Positions 1 through 16,317 of a stretch of 64,000 nt of DNA are shown here, piece after piece. Within the stretch, counting starts at the first letter, position 1. Every line of letters begins with the position of its first letter. Under the pieces are notes generated by a model. That model did no database searches. It worked only from the letters and a program-made list of their open reading frames with translations, and was not told the DNA's origin. Source of the stretch: Octopus sinensis (taxonomy: Eukaryota); the NCBI RefSeq assembly GCF_006345805.1, contig NC_042997.1, positions 129,332,001 through 129,396,000 of the forward strand, given 5' to 3'. The position numbers and the translations under genes are program-made.

Positions 1-334
1 TTTGATTTAAATGTATTTATTGCAAGAAACAGCTAAATCTCAAATGTTTTACACAAGAAATAAGTGGAAATTTTACCAGTGAGTGTGTTACATTATAAGG
101 CACAAAAAGAAAATAACTCTCCCCAGACACAACAGAATATGCTTCACACAAACTCATAAAGAATCCAAATGCAAAAACGAAACCTACACAAGTTAATGTG
201 TAAATAACAAAACAGGGATCTTGAAAGTAGTATCTATAAAACTAGTTTTTAAATGTCAAATGGATATGGTGACCCACCAGAATAAAATAGTAATCAAAGG
301 GGTCCATAGGTTAAAAAGTAGCTGGGAACCTCTG
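1..334. mobile_element. Right end of a probable hAT-type non-autonomous DNA transposon
   Basis: Ends ...ggggtccatagg...gctgggaacctctg, resembling the CAGGG/CAGAG-type terminal inverted repeat; left end lies outside the window. Confidence 0.35.
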
Positions 335-1008
335 AGCTAAACTATAAAACAGTGAGTTGTATGACTAGGCAGACACACAGGCAAGACAAGTAACAAGATA
401 CAAACTAATAAACTACTCTGACAGTAGCTTGATGAACTATATAATCTTTGACAATACCTTGACATCCTACCAACTCTACCAGCTACAACTCTCCATGTAA
501 AATACACACACACACACACAGAGAAACACATGAACATAAAAAGACACGCAAACTAAAAATATATACAGAGTCACACTAAGTACAATAATGTTGGATCCTT
601 TTTTTCTCTATCTATTTCTACCTTCTTAATATCTAACTTCTTACTCGGATAAATATTATCTTTAATTCAATTCAAAAGATATTTTTACACATGAAGCAAC
701 AAGATTGAACACTGGCCAAGATAGAGTTTAGGCTGCATTTATGCTGAGTATGTGCATGACTTCAAAGAGAGAGAGAGAGTGAGACATGTCTAGGTATTGC
801 TTGAGGTGCTAGAAATAGCAGTCAATTTTAACTCAAATCACACCTGACTTTCTAAAAGAAAAAAGAAAACATGTATTCAGTATAATGTAGTTCCAGAAAC
901 ATTACACTTTAAATAAACACAAATGGTCTTAAAGGCTTGTCCAATCAAGGCTGACTTGGGGCTAAACAGTATGAAGCAACATGACCAAAATGCAAGCAGT
1001 GTTTAGAC

Positions 1009-1340
1009 CAGGGCTGGCCAACCTGAGGCCCGCGGTTTGCATGCGGCCCACAAACTTTTATCTTGCAGCCCACTTGATACTATCTTGAAATGGGTATATT
1101 TAAACAAACACTTCTAAAATTTTATCAAAAATTAAAGATTGTAATGAAAAGCAAAAAAAGAAAGATGCTACTGTTTTTGCAACGATAATATTTCATGTTG
1201 AATCAACAATCATTCACTCATTATTGTAATAATAGCATGTGAAAGCAAAATGCTTTCAATTTTCTAAGTATATAAGTGGCCCTCAAAAACCTTATTGTGA
1301 TTAAAGTGGTCTGCAATGTAATTCAAGTTGGTCAGGCCTG
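1009..1340. mobile_element. hAT (Charlie-like) MITE
   Basis: TIRs cagggctggccaac / gttggtcaggcctg; 8-bp TSD gtttagac (1001-1008) / gcttagac (1341-1348), close to the NTCTAGAN hAT-Charlie target. Confidence 0.8.
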
Positions 1341-2049
1341 GCTTAGACACTTTGGAGACATCAGTTCACTCTATTCTAATTCCAACTTATATACAAGTAT
1401 TAAAAAACCTTAGTTATGGCAGTTAATTTATAAGAAAGTAAACAATCCAGGGTATGACTTTAAACAGTATCTGGTAATGGGGCCCTGGCTCAGGAGTTCC
1501 AGGGTTTTGAGGAGTGTATAACCACCTCTTACCACTACTGTTTCCATGTCTACTCTAACTCGGAGTAGTAGCATCTATCAGGGTTCTAGCTATAGGTTAA
1601 TTAGTATGTCATAGAATTGCTTCTAGAAGACAACCACTCACGGACACCCAGATAGACCCAGGGGAGATAAGGTTTTTCAGCTTCTTAGCTACTCAACTAA
1701 AAGACAGTAACTCCATTCAAATCTTGCATCCTGATAACTACTGGGCCCACGGCAGTTGTTGCATTAGATCAATACAAGTTTGAAAAGCAAAACAGAAGGA
1801 TTGGCTCTGCCAAAACCATGCTTCACTATAATAATGAAACCCTGTTGTCTTGTGGGGTAATTTATTGAGCATTAAAAAAGTCTAAGGGAATAGACCCCTG
1901 TAGAAAATCCATGACCCAAAGATAGATATGTATGGTTATACTTAACCAATATCTGATCTCCCTTGTGACTCCAAGGATGTTGTGAACAAAAAAATAGAGA
2001 TTGCTCATTTATGAGTTCTCTTCTGGCAGAGTGGTTTTGCCACATACCT

Positions 2050-4620
2050 TTTGATGTTCCCTTACATTGGGATTGTTAGGACAAGATTTACAAGCTTCCC
2101 TTTTGGCTCTAGTATACCGATTCATGTATATTCAAAGGCCTTGGCGTCCCTGGTGCTTGCTTTCTTCCAAGCAGAACTGTCTAAAGCAAGATTCTTCTAT
2201 GAATATAGGTTAGTCTCGCAGTCTTTTAAGGTTGTTTTCAGTGCATCTCTGAATTTTTTATGAGATGCATCAATGCTACTTTTGAAAACTCAGAAGTGAA
2301 TATTACTTTTGGCAATCTTCTAATCTGGCATTCTGACAACATGTCCAGCCCAGCACAACTGGATTTGCTTGAGCTAAGCAAACAAACTGGGTGCATTTTC
2401 ACATTTGAGAACTTCTGTATTGGGAATTCTATCCTGCAATTTTATGCCAAGAATTTTCTTCAAGCAAGACATGTTGAAACAGTTGAGTTTTTTAAAATGA
2501 AGTTGGTACACTGTCTAAGTTTCAGCTCCATTGAGGAGAGTTAGATGGATGACAGTATTGTAAACTCTAATTTTGATATCAATGCGAATACCCAGGCCAT
2601 CCCAGGCTTTATGCTGTAGTTTTCCAAAAGCTCCACTTGCCTGACTAATACATGATGACACTCTAGTATCAGTGTAGACATTTGAGGATTGTGTACTTCC
2701 AAGATATATTCAAGTGTCAACATCTTTCAGTTCATTTCCATTAATTTTATTCTGTAACACACACAATTGTGTATGTCCTAAGATAGGTCTATGCAAGACT
2801 CCTGTTTTTGCAGTACCAATAGTGAGGCCAACATTGTTGTGGGCCTTTGAGAGTTGGTCAACACATGCTTGCATGCTGGGTTTATTTCAATCATCTGCAA
2901 CAGTAGTTCATTGAAAATCTTGATTTTTGCCTGTAATCTCTGAAAATTGAACAACTTGCCATCATGTCTGTGCTTAGTGTCATGGCAGAAAATATGACAT
3001 TAAAAATGGCAGGTGCTAAGACACAACCCTATTTCACACCATAAACAACCATAAACACACAATAAAAAACAGATAAAAATGTCCACATTGCTCCTAAAAC
3101 AAACTATCATAAAATTGGAACACCATACACATGAATACATGTAAACAACCATATTTGACAAGGTTTCTCCATAACCACCATGACACACTGTGACAACTTT
3201 TTGAGATCAACAAAAGTCATATATTCTACTCAGGACACTTCCAGATCTGTCTCAGTGTAACTATATATATAGTGCCCCATTCACAACAGAAACCACACTG
3301 GATTTCTGGAAGGTGATTGTTAGTGGTGAGATATTGAGGCAATTCAGGAGCCTTCTTGCCAAAATTTTACCAGCAACTAACAAGAGAAAAATACCTTAGT
3401 AATTGTGACACATACATGCGACAAGTTAAACAGATAGCTTCAACACACATGCTGCTATTAATTTCATAACTTCATACAGTAGAATATAATGTATGTGTGT
3501 GTCTTTTCTCTCTCTCTCTCTCTTTCACTGACTTTTATATATTATGGAAACAGCTGTTACCATACATTGGACTGACATAGATTAGATATAGCACAAGAAA
3601 CTACAATTGGTAGATCATAATTAAAAAATACCACACATGGAAAACAAGAGTGTATAAAAGGAATGAAATGAGATGTCCCAACTGGGGAAAGTTACTTGGG
3701 ACCAATTAAGGAACTCACAAATCCAGAATTATCCTGACTATGAAGGAGCAGGTGCCTCAGCTGTGATCTCCAATCTAACAGCAAACCCTGAGAGTAAACC
3801 TATATACTTGAGCCAGTTTCACTACTCTCCAATGAATTTCAGCACATCTACTGAAGAGCAGCACCTCCCCCTAAGTTGATGAAAGTTTAGTCAAGAGAAA
3901 AGTATCAGTACTCTCTCCCTTCAGTCTTGTTCATTATATAATCTATTTTACTATAGCCATCAGACAGAGCAAAACTGCCTGCCCTTATCAGCCGAAGGCA
4001 GATGGCTGAGTACTCCTCACAGCTGATAGCTGGATCTGGCCTAGTAACAACTACTGTTTAACATGACTCCACAAGTCAGCAATGCTCAGACACTAAACAG
4101 ATGCTTACACAAGTTTCGCCACTCTACACACATCTTGGACCAGCCTGGCTGATAGCACTACCATATCTATAGAATTTATTTTGAACCAACAAAGTTCCCT
4201 AAAAGCACTGTCAGGTCATAAAGTTTGTCCATAGTCCACAGCTGAAAGTCTTTCTTCAATGCAAAGATATTTCCATACAATGTCATTATCTTGCTCCCCA
4301 CTTAACCATTTCAGAATGTTATGGTTGAAGTACCACCAGCTTGGTAAAGAACTGTGAATACCTGACAACATTCCAATGCCAAGTGCCCAATTTTTGTCAT
4401 TGCTTGACCCAGGGTTGCAGATCTACCCAAGAGATAAGGAGTAAAAAAAACCAAGCCTCACAAATAGCAACCACATTTTCTTAACATCTAGGACTCTCTG
4501 AAGATGCCACAGAATCAGTGTAAGCACATATACCAAGTTATCCATGCAGAGAATGTTGGTAGAAAATGGAGTTTCTGACCAGTGGGATGTGAAAGAAGCA
4601 AGAAAAAACAGATACTCCAG
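2050..4620 (-). mobile_element. Degraded RTE (BovB-like) LINE
   Basis: Frameshifted remnants on -: NY.GIFLLLVAGKILARRLLN (~3300-3420) and GSTQSSNVYTDTRVSSCISQASGAFGKLQHKAWDGLGIRIDIKIRVYNTVI...LCWAGHVVRMPD (~2320-2710); many stops; probably interrupted. Confidence 0.75.
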
Positions 4621-4755
4621 TCCTGTCAGATGAAAACCATGCAGAGATATAACATTCAGATAGTAACAGATAATGGAGTTATGTTCACCACCACTGTTTG
4701 CACATTTCTTAGTGAGATTAGCTACCTTGCTCATAGCCTCAAAAATAAAAATCAT

Positions 4756-4970
4756 CATCATTTAACGTCCATCTTCCATGCTCACATTGGTTGAATGGTT
4801 TGACAATATCCTGCAAGCCACAGAGCTGCATCATGCTCCAATGTCCACTTTGACATGATTTCTACAGCTGGATGCCTCCCTAACAACCACCACTTTACAG
4901 TGTGTACTGGGTGCTTTTTTCATGCCACCAGCACTAGTGAGATTGTCAAGCAACTTGCAAGGCAGGAAAG
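4756..4970 (-). mobile_element. RTE-associated 3' tail repeat (family B)
   Basis: catcatcatttaacgtcc...ttccatgc...ctacagctggatgcc motif shared with many copies in the window; (GAT)n tail on -. Confidence 0.6.
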
Positions 4971-5074
4971 GAACAAGAAAAGGAAAAAGAAAAAGTTCCC
5001 ATGACTAAGTAGCTACATCTTCAACTCTTCCTTAATTTGGATCAGTTGTGGCAGGACAGGTGTAACTTGTGACA

Positions 5075-5750
5075 GTAGATACAATAGTGGCTTTCAGGTA
5101 CAATAGTAGTTTACAGTTGCAACAGTGAATTATAGTTACAATGAGTTATAGCCACAATTATAGCTCACAATTGCAACAGTGGGTTATGGTTACAACAATA
5201 GTTTATAGTACAACATTGGGTTACATCTGAAACAATAATGAATAGATACAATAGTGGGTTATAATCACAACAATGGGTTATAGTTACAATAGCAGCTTAC
5301 AGTTGCAACAATGAGCTATAGGATTGGATTGGATTGCCCATGTCCAATCCACTGCAGAGCAATGGCCTCAGCATGTTCTCTCCCCAACTATAAATTCGAG
5401 CTTGAGATCATACTAGTTAGATGGCCTATTCTGCAACACTGGCGCAACATGGCTTGGTAGAAAAGTGCAGTTTTTATACTTATACCCAGGAGTAGTTAAG
5501 TCCATTACTTTACTCAACTGATACTTATTTTATCAATCCAGAATAGATGAAAAGCAAAGTTGGTCTTAGTGGGATTTGAACTCGGAATGTCAGGACAGAC
5601 AAAATATTTCTGAGCATTTTGCCTGTGTGATAACGATTTTGCCAGCTCGCCACCATAACACTGGGTTATAGTTACAATAATCGCTTATAGTTACAACAGT
5701 GGGTTATAATTTATAGTTATGCTTATACTAAAAGCTATGGTTAATATGAA
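5075..5750. repeat. Degenerate ~22-bp minisatellite (acaatagtgggttatagtt-like), interrupted at ~5310-5660
   Basis: Recurrent aca(a)tagtgggttatagttac variants at 5081-5310, resuming at ~5660-5750 after a SINE fragment. Confidence 0.6.
5480..5656 (-). mobile_element. tRNA-type SINE (family C) fragment
   Basis: Reverse complement of the ggcgagctggcagaa...gagttcaaatcc head seen intact at 63547. Confidence 0.6.
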
Positions 5751-6989
5751 CACAACTTCAAATGCATGAGAAAACACTTCAGTTGTAACAAATACAGCTA
5801 GGTTTAACAAGAAACAGCTAAATCTAGCCTCAGTTTTCAAAGTATAATCTAGATGAAGGCAATAAACATTCTTATAATTAGTATATAATTAGTATAGTAG
5901 ATCAAACCAGACTTTGTATATAAAGTTCTATATGTGACAGTAAATATAGCTAAAATTAGATACTGTAACCCTAGATGTGTCAGTAAACATAGCTACAGAT
6001 AAGTTGAAACAAAATTACTAAAAGGGTTTGAATTATCAAACACTGGGGGAAAAAATTAAATGTGTAACAATTACCTACAACTAGGTAGTAGACATAGCAG
6101 CTTAGTCGCCTACGTATCCCATAGTAATGTTTAAAGAAAGGGAAACACTGGATAGTATGTCCTGAATGCACAATACTTGTGATCACATACCTACTCAATC
6201 TAGGCTGACCTGGGATTAAACAATAGTCATTGAAAAAGCTTAAAATAATTATGACAGAAAACATTAAAACTGCAGCAATTTCTATAAGAGAAAATACTTT
6301 ATCTGACTTGCATTAAGACCCTCTTAAGTCTAACAAGATGTTTCCATAAGTAGTTGGCAATTAACTCTCTTAATGCTGTCTACTATGCTGTCACTATGTC
6401 GGCTTCTTCGGTCAATGATACTAGGTCATAAGAAAACTGTCAACAGGATATTGTGTCTTATTAATTCTTATGAAATCAATACAAGTAATCATCATCGAAT
6501 AACATCCACTTTCCATGCTTGCATGGGTCATACAGAATCTGTTGTGGCAGACTTTTTATGGCCAGATACCCCTCCTTTCACCATCCCTTATTTGTTGCCA
6601 AGCAAGGTAATATTTTCCCATAGCTGGACATGTTTTTAATGAAAGACTCAAAACTAACAACCTCACATATATGATAGTAATGCTCATTTACACCAATCAC
6701 ATGATGTCTAGTCAAGGGTACACACAAACAGGCACACACCCAAACTCATGCACACACACGACAGACTTCTTTCAGTTCCCACCTATCAAATCCAACTCAA
6801 AAACCAGATAGTTGGGAAGCAAGTCTCTTAACCTCACAGCAATCTCTGCACCTAGAATAAATAAGTAATGATATGAAACTCTAAGAAATGCTAAACAAAT
6901 TGTTATTTTTATTGGAGTGTACAAAAGAAAAAAACTGCAAAGAATCTGGCTTGTTTACCAAAACTGCATCAAAAGACTAAGATTCATCT

Positions 6990-7400
6990 TTAGAGGCAAG
7001 GAAAACTTCAGCCTTGCCCTGATCAGTTACTAAAACCTCAACACTAGAGTACTGCTCCACAAGATGCTGCTACTACAAAATATGTGCAAACTTCCCTAAC
7101 AACATCCAAAACAAGTTCATCTAACCAAGTGATAAATATCCACTCATCAACATAGTACAACTTCCAGCTCACAGATACACTGTTGCCTCTGTCTATCACT
7201 TCTACAACTACTTTAATAGCCTTCACTCCTCTAATTTACCTAACTGCATACTCTCCTCAACCAGGTTTTCGTATCCCAACCATTTTCCCTATCATTACCC
7301 TTACTGTATCTAAACTTCTAAACAGTTATTCTCAAAACAGCATCCCTCTGAACTCTCCCCCAACTCCCATGGTTTTCTACAGACACTGATTTGCAGATGC
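6990..7400 (+). mobile_element. Degraded CR1-like LINE 3' fragment
   Basis: Decayed translation resembling LEYCS...IQ.K.I....L..LAHR..VAS...FY.YF of CR1-type ORF2 C-termini. Confidence 0.45.
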
Positions 7401-8934
7401 TCTACCTGAACTCTAAGTACATGTATGCCAGCAGTTTAGGGCTGCTTCAATCATTTGTTTGTAAATATTCATTATTGAATGACAAGGAAACAAGAATTAC
7501 ATAATCAACTTCAATAGCTTACAGTTGTTTCCACTATAAGAAGCAGTGTATTCAAAGCTGGGTGCATGTGCAACATCTTGTAGCTTCCTCAGAGCCAAGA
7601 AATTGAAGTGTATGTTTATTTCAGAAAGTGTTTAAATACTTAAATATTGTAATATAGTTTGAGGGTGAGAAGCCCCTCCCAGAAATATGCAGATTTAGAT
7701 AAACATATGTATTCACAGAATTTAATGCAGGAGATAAATCTAATCATGGCACAGAGTGTAGATTAAAAAAGTTGTTCCAATTGTCAGCATTCCCCCCTTT
7801 ATATGATTATCTAGGACTACAGTTATTCAATGTGTTCCTTTCATATCTAAAATAGAACACAAGAGAGTCATGTTAGAGATTTAGTTGCTATTTCTAGCAT
7901 ACTCCTTTTATTGGGCTCATGTACATGAGAGATAACACTGTACATAACACATTTGATAACATACTGCCAAAAAGCTGGTGGCAGTAGAGGCTAGACTTTA
8001 AACAAAGTAATTGTAGAAGCAAGATTTGACAAATGAAATTGTGTAGGATGAAAACTTTTGGTGAATGACGTAAAATGAATTTTTTAGTCAATGACGATGA
8101 GTCAGAATGTAATAAGTTAAACAAACTTGGTACCAAGTACACTAAATTTAATTCTTGCTCATAAATATACTTCCCAACAGTAAATATTTATAGCTAAATT
8201 AGGCCTAACATAGTTAAATCCTGGGAGAACATGAAAAAGCTCTCTCTCTCTCTCTCTGATATACACATACACATTTATGTTGTAGATTTGAGTGTAAATT
8301 GATGCTTTGCTGCATATATGCTAAAGCATTAACATTCTTACAGAGGATGTTGACCCAAGGAAATGTTTTAGAAAGGGTGATAAATATCTCTGTGGTAAAA
8401 CAGGGAAACAAAAGAAACAACGAAGCTGTAACAGATTTCAATGAAGAGTAGAAGTAGATAAAACTACAAGATGCCACAGTAATAATATAATTATTATGAA
8501 GCAGGGACCTATCCCTCACTAAAAGTTTTACTGGCTAAATCCTTTGTCTGAAAAAGCACCCAATGACAACTCAATGAAGGAGTGTCAATGTGTTTGTTTG
8601 GGCTGCTAGAACTAGCAGCCTAATCCCCATCAAATCACATCTAATCCTCTTAAGTAAAAACACAGTGGACAATGTGTGTGTGTGTATTTACAGAGAGTGA
8701 GAGTTGTATCAATGTTTGCTTTTATGTAAAGTTATGTATAAAAACAGTAAAACATTAAATTGAAAAATCACTTAATAATTTGCAGTTTATATTTATATAT
8801 TTTTACAAGAAGTTGACAGTCTGGTGTGATCAGTTAGATGCTGGCAAGTAAACCTAAGCTTAGAAGTCATTATCACTTTTTCCTTAGCTGTTTATACACA
8901 CACACACACACACACGTGAGTGGCTGTGTGGAGA

Positions 8935-9318
8935 CGTAGGAGTGGCTGTGTCGTAAGTAGCTTGCTTACGAACCACATTGTTCCGGGTTTGATTCCACTG
9001 CGTGGCACCCTGGGCAAGTGTCTGCTACTATAGCCCCGGGCTGACCAAAGCCGTGTGAGTGGATTTGGTAGACGGAAACTGAAAGAAGCCCGTCGTATAT
9101 ATGTATATATATGTATGTGTGTCTGTGTTTGACCCCCACCAACATCGCTTGACAACCGATGCTGGTGTGTTTACGTCCCCGTAAACACACGAACCTAGCG
9201 GTTCGGCAAAAAAGACCGATAGAATAAGTACTAGGCTTACAAAGAATAAGTCCTGGGGTCGATTTGCTCCACTAAAGGCGGTGCTCCAGTCAAATGACTG
9301 AAACAAGTAAAATAGAAA
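8935..9318 (+). mobile_element. tRNA-type SINE (family A), full length
   Basis: Head g(g)cg(c)aggagtggctgtgtggtaag (A-box-like) and ggtt(t)gattcc (B-box-like), body gtgagtggatttggtagacggaaactgaaagaagcc, tail caaatgactgaaacaagtaaaa; near-identical copies at 21314, 31661, 39874, 62351(-). Confidence 0.85.
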
Positions 9319-10084
9319 GAGAGTATATATACAATATCTGTAAACAAACGATGTGGTTGGCTCACCATTTTTCAGTCATTTGGTTGTATTTAAAAATTGT
9401 CAGAGAATAAAGTATATATATATATATATATATATAAAGTATATATACATATATATATACACACACACACATGTATTCATATAAGTTTATACACACAGCC
9501 ATAACAACCATCTGTTTCCACATAAAACAAGTGCATAAGAATTTGAATACACTCAAACACATACACAAGGAGATAGGCAGACAGAGACTAACAGGAAGGG
9601 AACATGGTTATTTTATTAGTTCAGAGACATTAAGGCGGTGGGTGCTCCAGCATGGCCACAATCAGACAACTGAAACAAGTAAAAGAATAACATCAGCCCA
9701 TGACTCAGTACTCTACAATCTATCAAAAATACCACTACTATTACAACTACTATAAAGTGTAGCAGCAGCAGCAGCCTTAATAGTAGTGGTGGTAGAACAA
9801 TTGTATACTAATGAGGGCGTCAACTAAAATATAAAGCTAAGTTATAATTAAAGAGAATAGGGCTAACTGAGTAACAGCTTTTGGAGACAAGCTACAGGAC
9901 ATTATTATTATTATTACCTCTCACCCCAAACTCAAGGGAGAATAGTAACAAACACACTGATCACATGGTGATAGGCATTGTAATCTTTCCTTTTAAAATA
10001 CAATTTATTTTATCCTCTTTATTTCATCAAAAGTATATATATCTACTATCTACCTACACTATATGTGTACAGGTGCATGTGTGT

Positions 10085-10115
10085 GTGTATATATACATAT
10101 ATATACATATATACG

Positions 10116-10149
<34 letters not shown>

Positions 10150-10221
10150 TACGTATACATATATATATATATATATATACATATATACGTATACATATAT
10201 ATATATATATACATATATACG

Positions 10222-10255
<34 letters not shown>

Positions 10256-10329
10256 TACGTATACATATATATATATATATATACATATATACGTATACAT
10301 ATATATATATATATACATATATACGTATA

Positions 10330-10367
<38 letters not shown>

Positions 10368-10416
10368 TATATACATATATACGTATATATATATATATAT
10401 ATATATACATATATAC

Positions 10417-10457
<41 letters not shown>

Positions 10458-10474
10458 TATATTACATATATACG

Positions 10475-10508
<34 letters not shown>

Positions 10509-10584
10509 TATATACATATATACGTATATATATATATATATACATATATACGTATATATATATATATATATATACATATATACG

Positions 10585-10618
<34 letters not shown>

Positions 10619-10692
10619 TACGTATATATATATATACATATATACGTATATATATATATATATATACATATATACGTATATATATATATATA
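10085..10692. repeat. (TA)n compound microsatellite with recurring CATATATACG variant
   Basis: Direct reading; source of the spurious YIYI ORFs. Confidence 0.95.
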
Positions 10693-11540
10693 TTGATTGA
10701 TTGATTGATTGATTGATTCCAGTTTCAGCTCATGAGCTGTGGCCATGCTGGGGCACCGCCATTTGGTGTTGCTACTTGGTTTCACTTCATGGAGGCTTTC
10801 TAGCAACTGCTATTTGGTGCATGAGAGAGTTCGATGCAGCTGCCCTCATCTGCCCCTCCTGCCGTGAAGTTGGTTCATCTGGGACACCTGACAGGAAGAG
10901 ATCCAGCTCCATTTTAAAGACATCTGCATCCACCCCATGCAGGTCTCTCAGGTTCATCGGGAGGATATTGAAGAGCTGTGGGCCTCGGAAGCCTAGGCTA
11001 TCACAGAATCTTGTCCTACATCTTGATGGCAAGTTTGGAGTCCTAGGCACCACGCAGTGGCGCCCAGTTCTGGCGTTTGCGTAACTCTCGATGTTCAGGA
11101 CGCTTCCCTCCAGGATCTTCCAGATGTATATTATGGCATATCTTTCCCGCCTACGCTCCAGGGAATATAATTTTAATCTCTTGAGTCTTTCCCAGTAGCT
11201 TACATTCTGCATAGAGGCTATCTTCTTCGTGTAGCTTCGTTGGATCGCCTCAAGTTCTGTGATCAACTTGACACTGGATGGTGACCATAGCTGAGAGCAA
11301 TAGTCAAAGTGACTTAGGACAAGTGTCTTCCAGAGGACCATCATGGTTCCTGTTCTCTTGTTCTAAAGGTTCTAAGAATCCATCCAGCCAGGCGTCTGCA
11401 TTTCACTGTCAGTTTAGCAACATGTACATGAAAGGTCGCGTCATCACTCATGTGAATACCCCAGGTCACGCACTGATTGTGCCTCTGGGATTGCAATCCC
11501 TCCGGGTCCAGTGTATTCCTTGGTATTGCATTCAGTTTAA
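10693..11540 (-). mobile_element. 5'-truncated CR1-like LINE with (AATC)n tail
   Basis: ORF 10787-11344 (LVLSHFDYCSQLWSP...LEAIQRSYTKKI...ERLKRLKLYSLERRRERY...GPQLFNILP) is the CR1-type ORF2 C-terminus; (ttga)n at 10693-10718 is the 3' tail. Confidence 0.9.
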
Positions 11541-11849
11541 TTTAATTTATATATATATGTGTATATAACTATATATAATTATATATGTGTATGTATATGC
11601 ACACAACCACTTTTGAACTTATTTTAAATACCATTTAATTTGATTTTAACATGAATGTTCTACATCTATGAAACTGTGTGTATATATATGTATATATATA
11701 TATATTATATATATATATATAGATATGTGTGTGTGTGTATATGTATATATATATATATATAACATATATAGATGTGTGTGGTGTGTATATATGTGTATAT
11801 ATATATATATATTATATATATAGATGTGTGTGTGTTATATATGTGTATA

Positions 11850-14550
<2,701 letters not shown>

Positions 14551-15136
14551 TATACACACACATTTCATAGATGTAGAACATTCATGTTAAAATCAATTAA
14601 ATGGTATTTAAAATAAGTTCAAAGGTGGTTGTGTGCATATACATACACATATATAATTATATATAGTTATATACACATATATATATAAATTAAATTAAAT
14701 GGTATTTAAAATAAGTTGAAAAGTGGTTGTGTGCATATACATACACATATATAATTATACAGTTACATACACATACATATATGTATATACATACAAATAT
14801 ATATATACACATAAACACAATATGTATATTGTGTATATCATGGAGGTGATGACAAAGGACTGGGATGACTAGCAATATGCAGTTCTTAAGACCTAGCCAT
14901 CTTGATGAAACCCAGTAATAGTAGAGCTGTGTGTGTGTATCAACAGTTCTCAATCATGGATCCCAGAGACACATGTGGCCCTTAAGCATCCTTCTGTCAG
15001 CCCCTGACAGTCATCCCCCTTCAGAGATAATAAATTTTTCTTTAATTGACTTGTGTTTTCTATTTTTTCATGCAGCCCCTACAAAAATGATCTGGCCTGG
15101 ATATTAAAAAGGTTGAGGACCATATATATATACACA

Positions 15137-15996
15137 CAGGGTGTGATGGATAAATTGTTGCCATTTTATATTTTTTTTTTCGTGCATGTGCATCATTTGT
15201 TTTTGATTTTGTCAACTACACAATATAGTAGGGTCAGTTGGGCATCATCTGTGACAAAAACAGCACCATGAGGCAATTCACTCAGCCAAAAATTTGGAAA
15301 TGATGTACTATATTGCTTGGCATTCATACCAGAAGCTCCAATACAAACATTTCAGAGAGTTGGGTATCAATATGAGCCCCCAAAACATAGACCAAGAGTG
15401 ATAAGAATCAAACATCCAGTCAACATCATTGTGTCTGGAGTGATCACTAGTGATGGCGATGTTATGTCTCCATTCATCTTCCCTAACAGCCTCAGGCTCA
15501 ACACGGAGGCCTACATCAAGTGCATGAAGGAGGTAGTGCTGCCCTGGGTCAAGAGGGTAGTTGCTGGAAGAACTTATGTCTGACAACAGGACTCTGCACC
15601 ATGCCACACAAGCAGGAGAACCTAGTCATGGCTGTCAGACAAATTCTGTGACCACATCAGCCCTAACATCTGGCCACCTAACTCCCTAAACTGTAACCCT
15701 CTTGATTATTATGTGTGGGGTGCAGGTGAGTGAAAGACCAATAAAACTCCTTGTAATGCCAAAGATGAACTGAAGGCAAGGATTATGGCAGCATTCACCA
15801 ACTTAAACAAAGGGACTATCCAGAAAAGTTGCAGGAGATTCTGAAGTCATTTGGAGGCTGTGGTTTATTGAATAAATTTACTCTTTAGTATTTCAATATA
15901 TTTTTACGTAATTTTGGTAAATATATCTGTTAAAATGAATGTCAGTTTTATTTTCATTTTTGCGTAATTTAGACAGTTCATTCACCACACCCTCTG
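15137..15996 (+). mobile_element. Internally deleted Tc1/mariner-superfamily transposon, maT (D37D) type
   Basis: Imperfect TIRs cagggtgtgatggataaattg / cagttcattcaccacaccctctg; transposase remnant KHPVNIIVSGVITSDG...QQDSAPCH...WPPNSLNCNPLDYYVWG with 37 codons between the last two catalytic Asp; in-frame stops. Confidence 0.85.
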
Positions 15997-16317
15997 TCTG
16001 TGTGAGTGTGTGTGTACACACAAATGTGAAGGTGCATAGCCTAGTGGTTAGCTCATGTGTTCAGTTCCCAGACAGAGCAGCACCTTGTGTTCTTGAGCAA
16101 AACACTTCATTACACTTTCCTCCAGTCCCCCTTTTGATCAACAGGGAATGTTGGCCTACTTGTCTAGATACCTGGGTGGTGTCATTGGAAGGCTAAAACA
16201 ATGCAAAGCACAATGTGACCAACAATGTGTAACAACATCTGATAGTTTGGTTGGTCATGTGATCACAATATACTATTGTTCTGAGTTCTATTTTTTCCTG
16301 TTTGCATCACTAAACAT

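Noticed and set aside
5980-6264. Minus-strand ORF with nearby GT/AG sites
   Set aside because: No recognisable protein similarity and no partner exons; not supportable.
8935-9010. tRNA-like A/B boxes (also at other SINE heads)
   Set aside because: They are heads of multi-copy SINEs; no convincing cloverleaf or anticodon arm.
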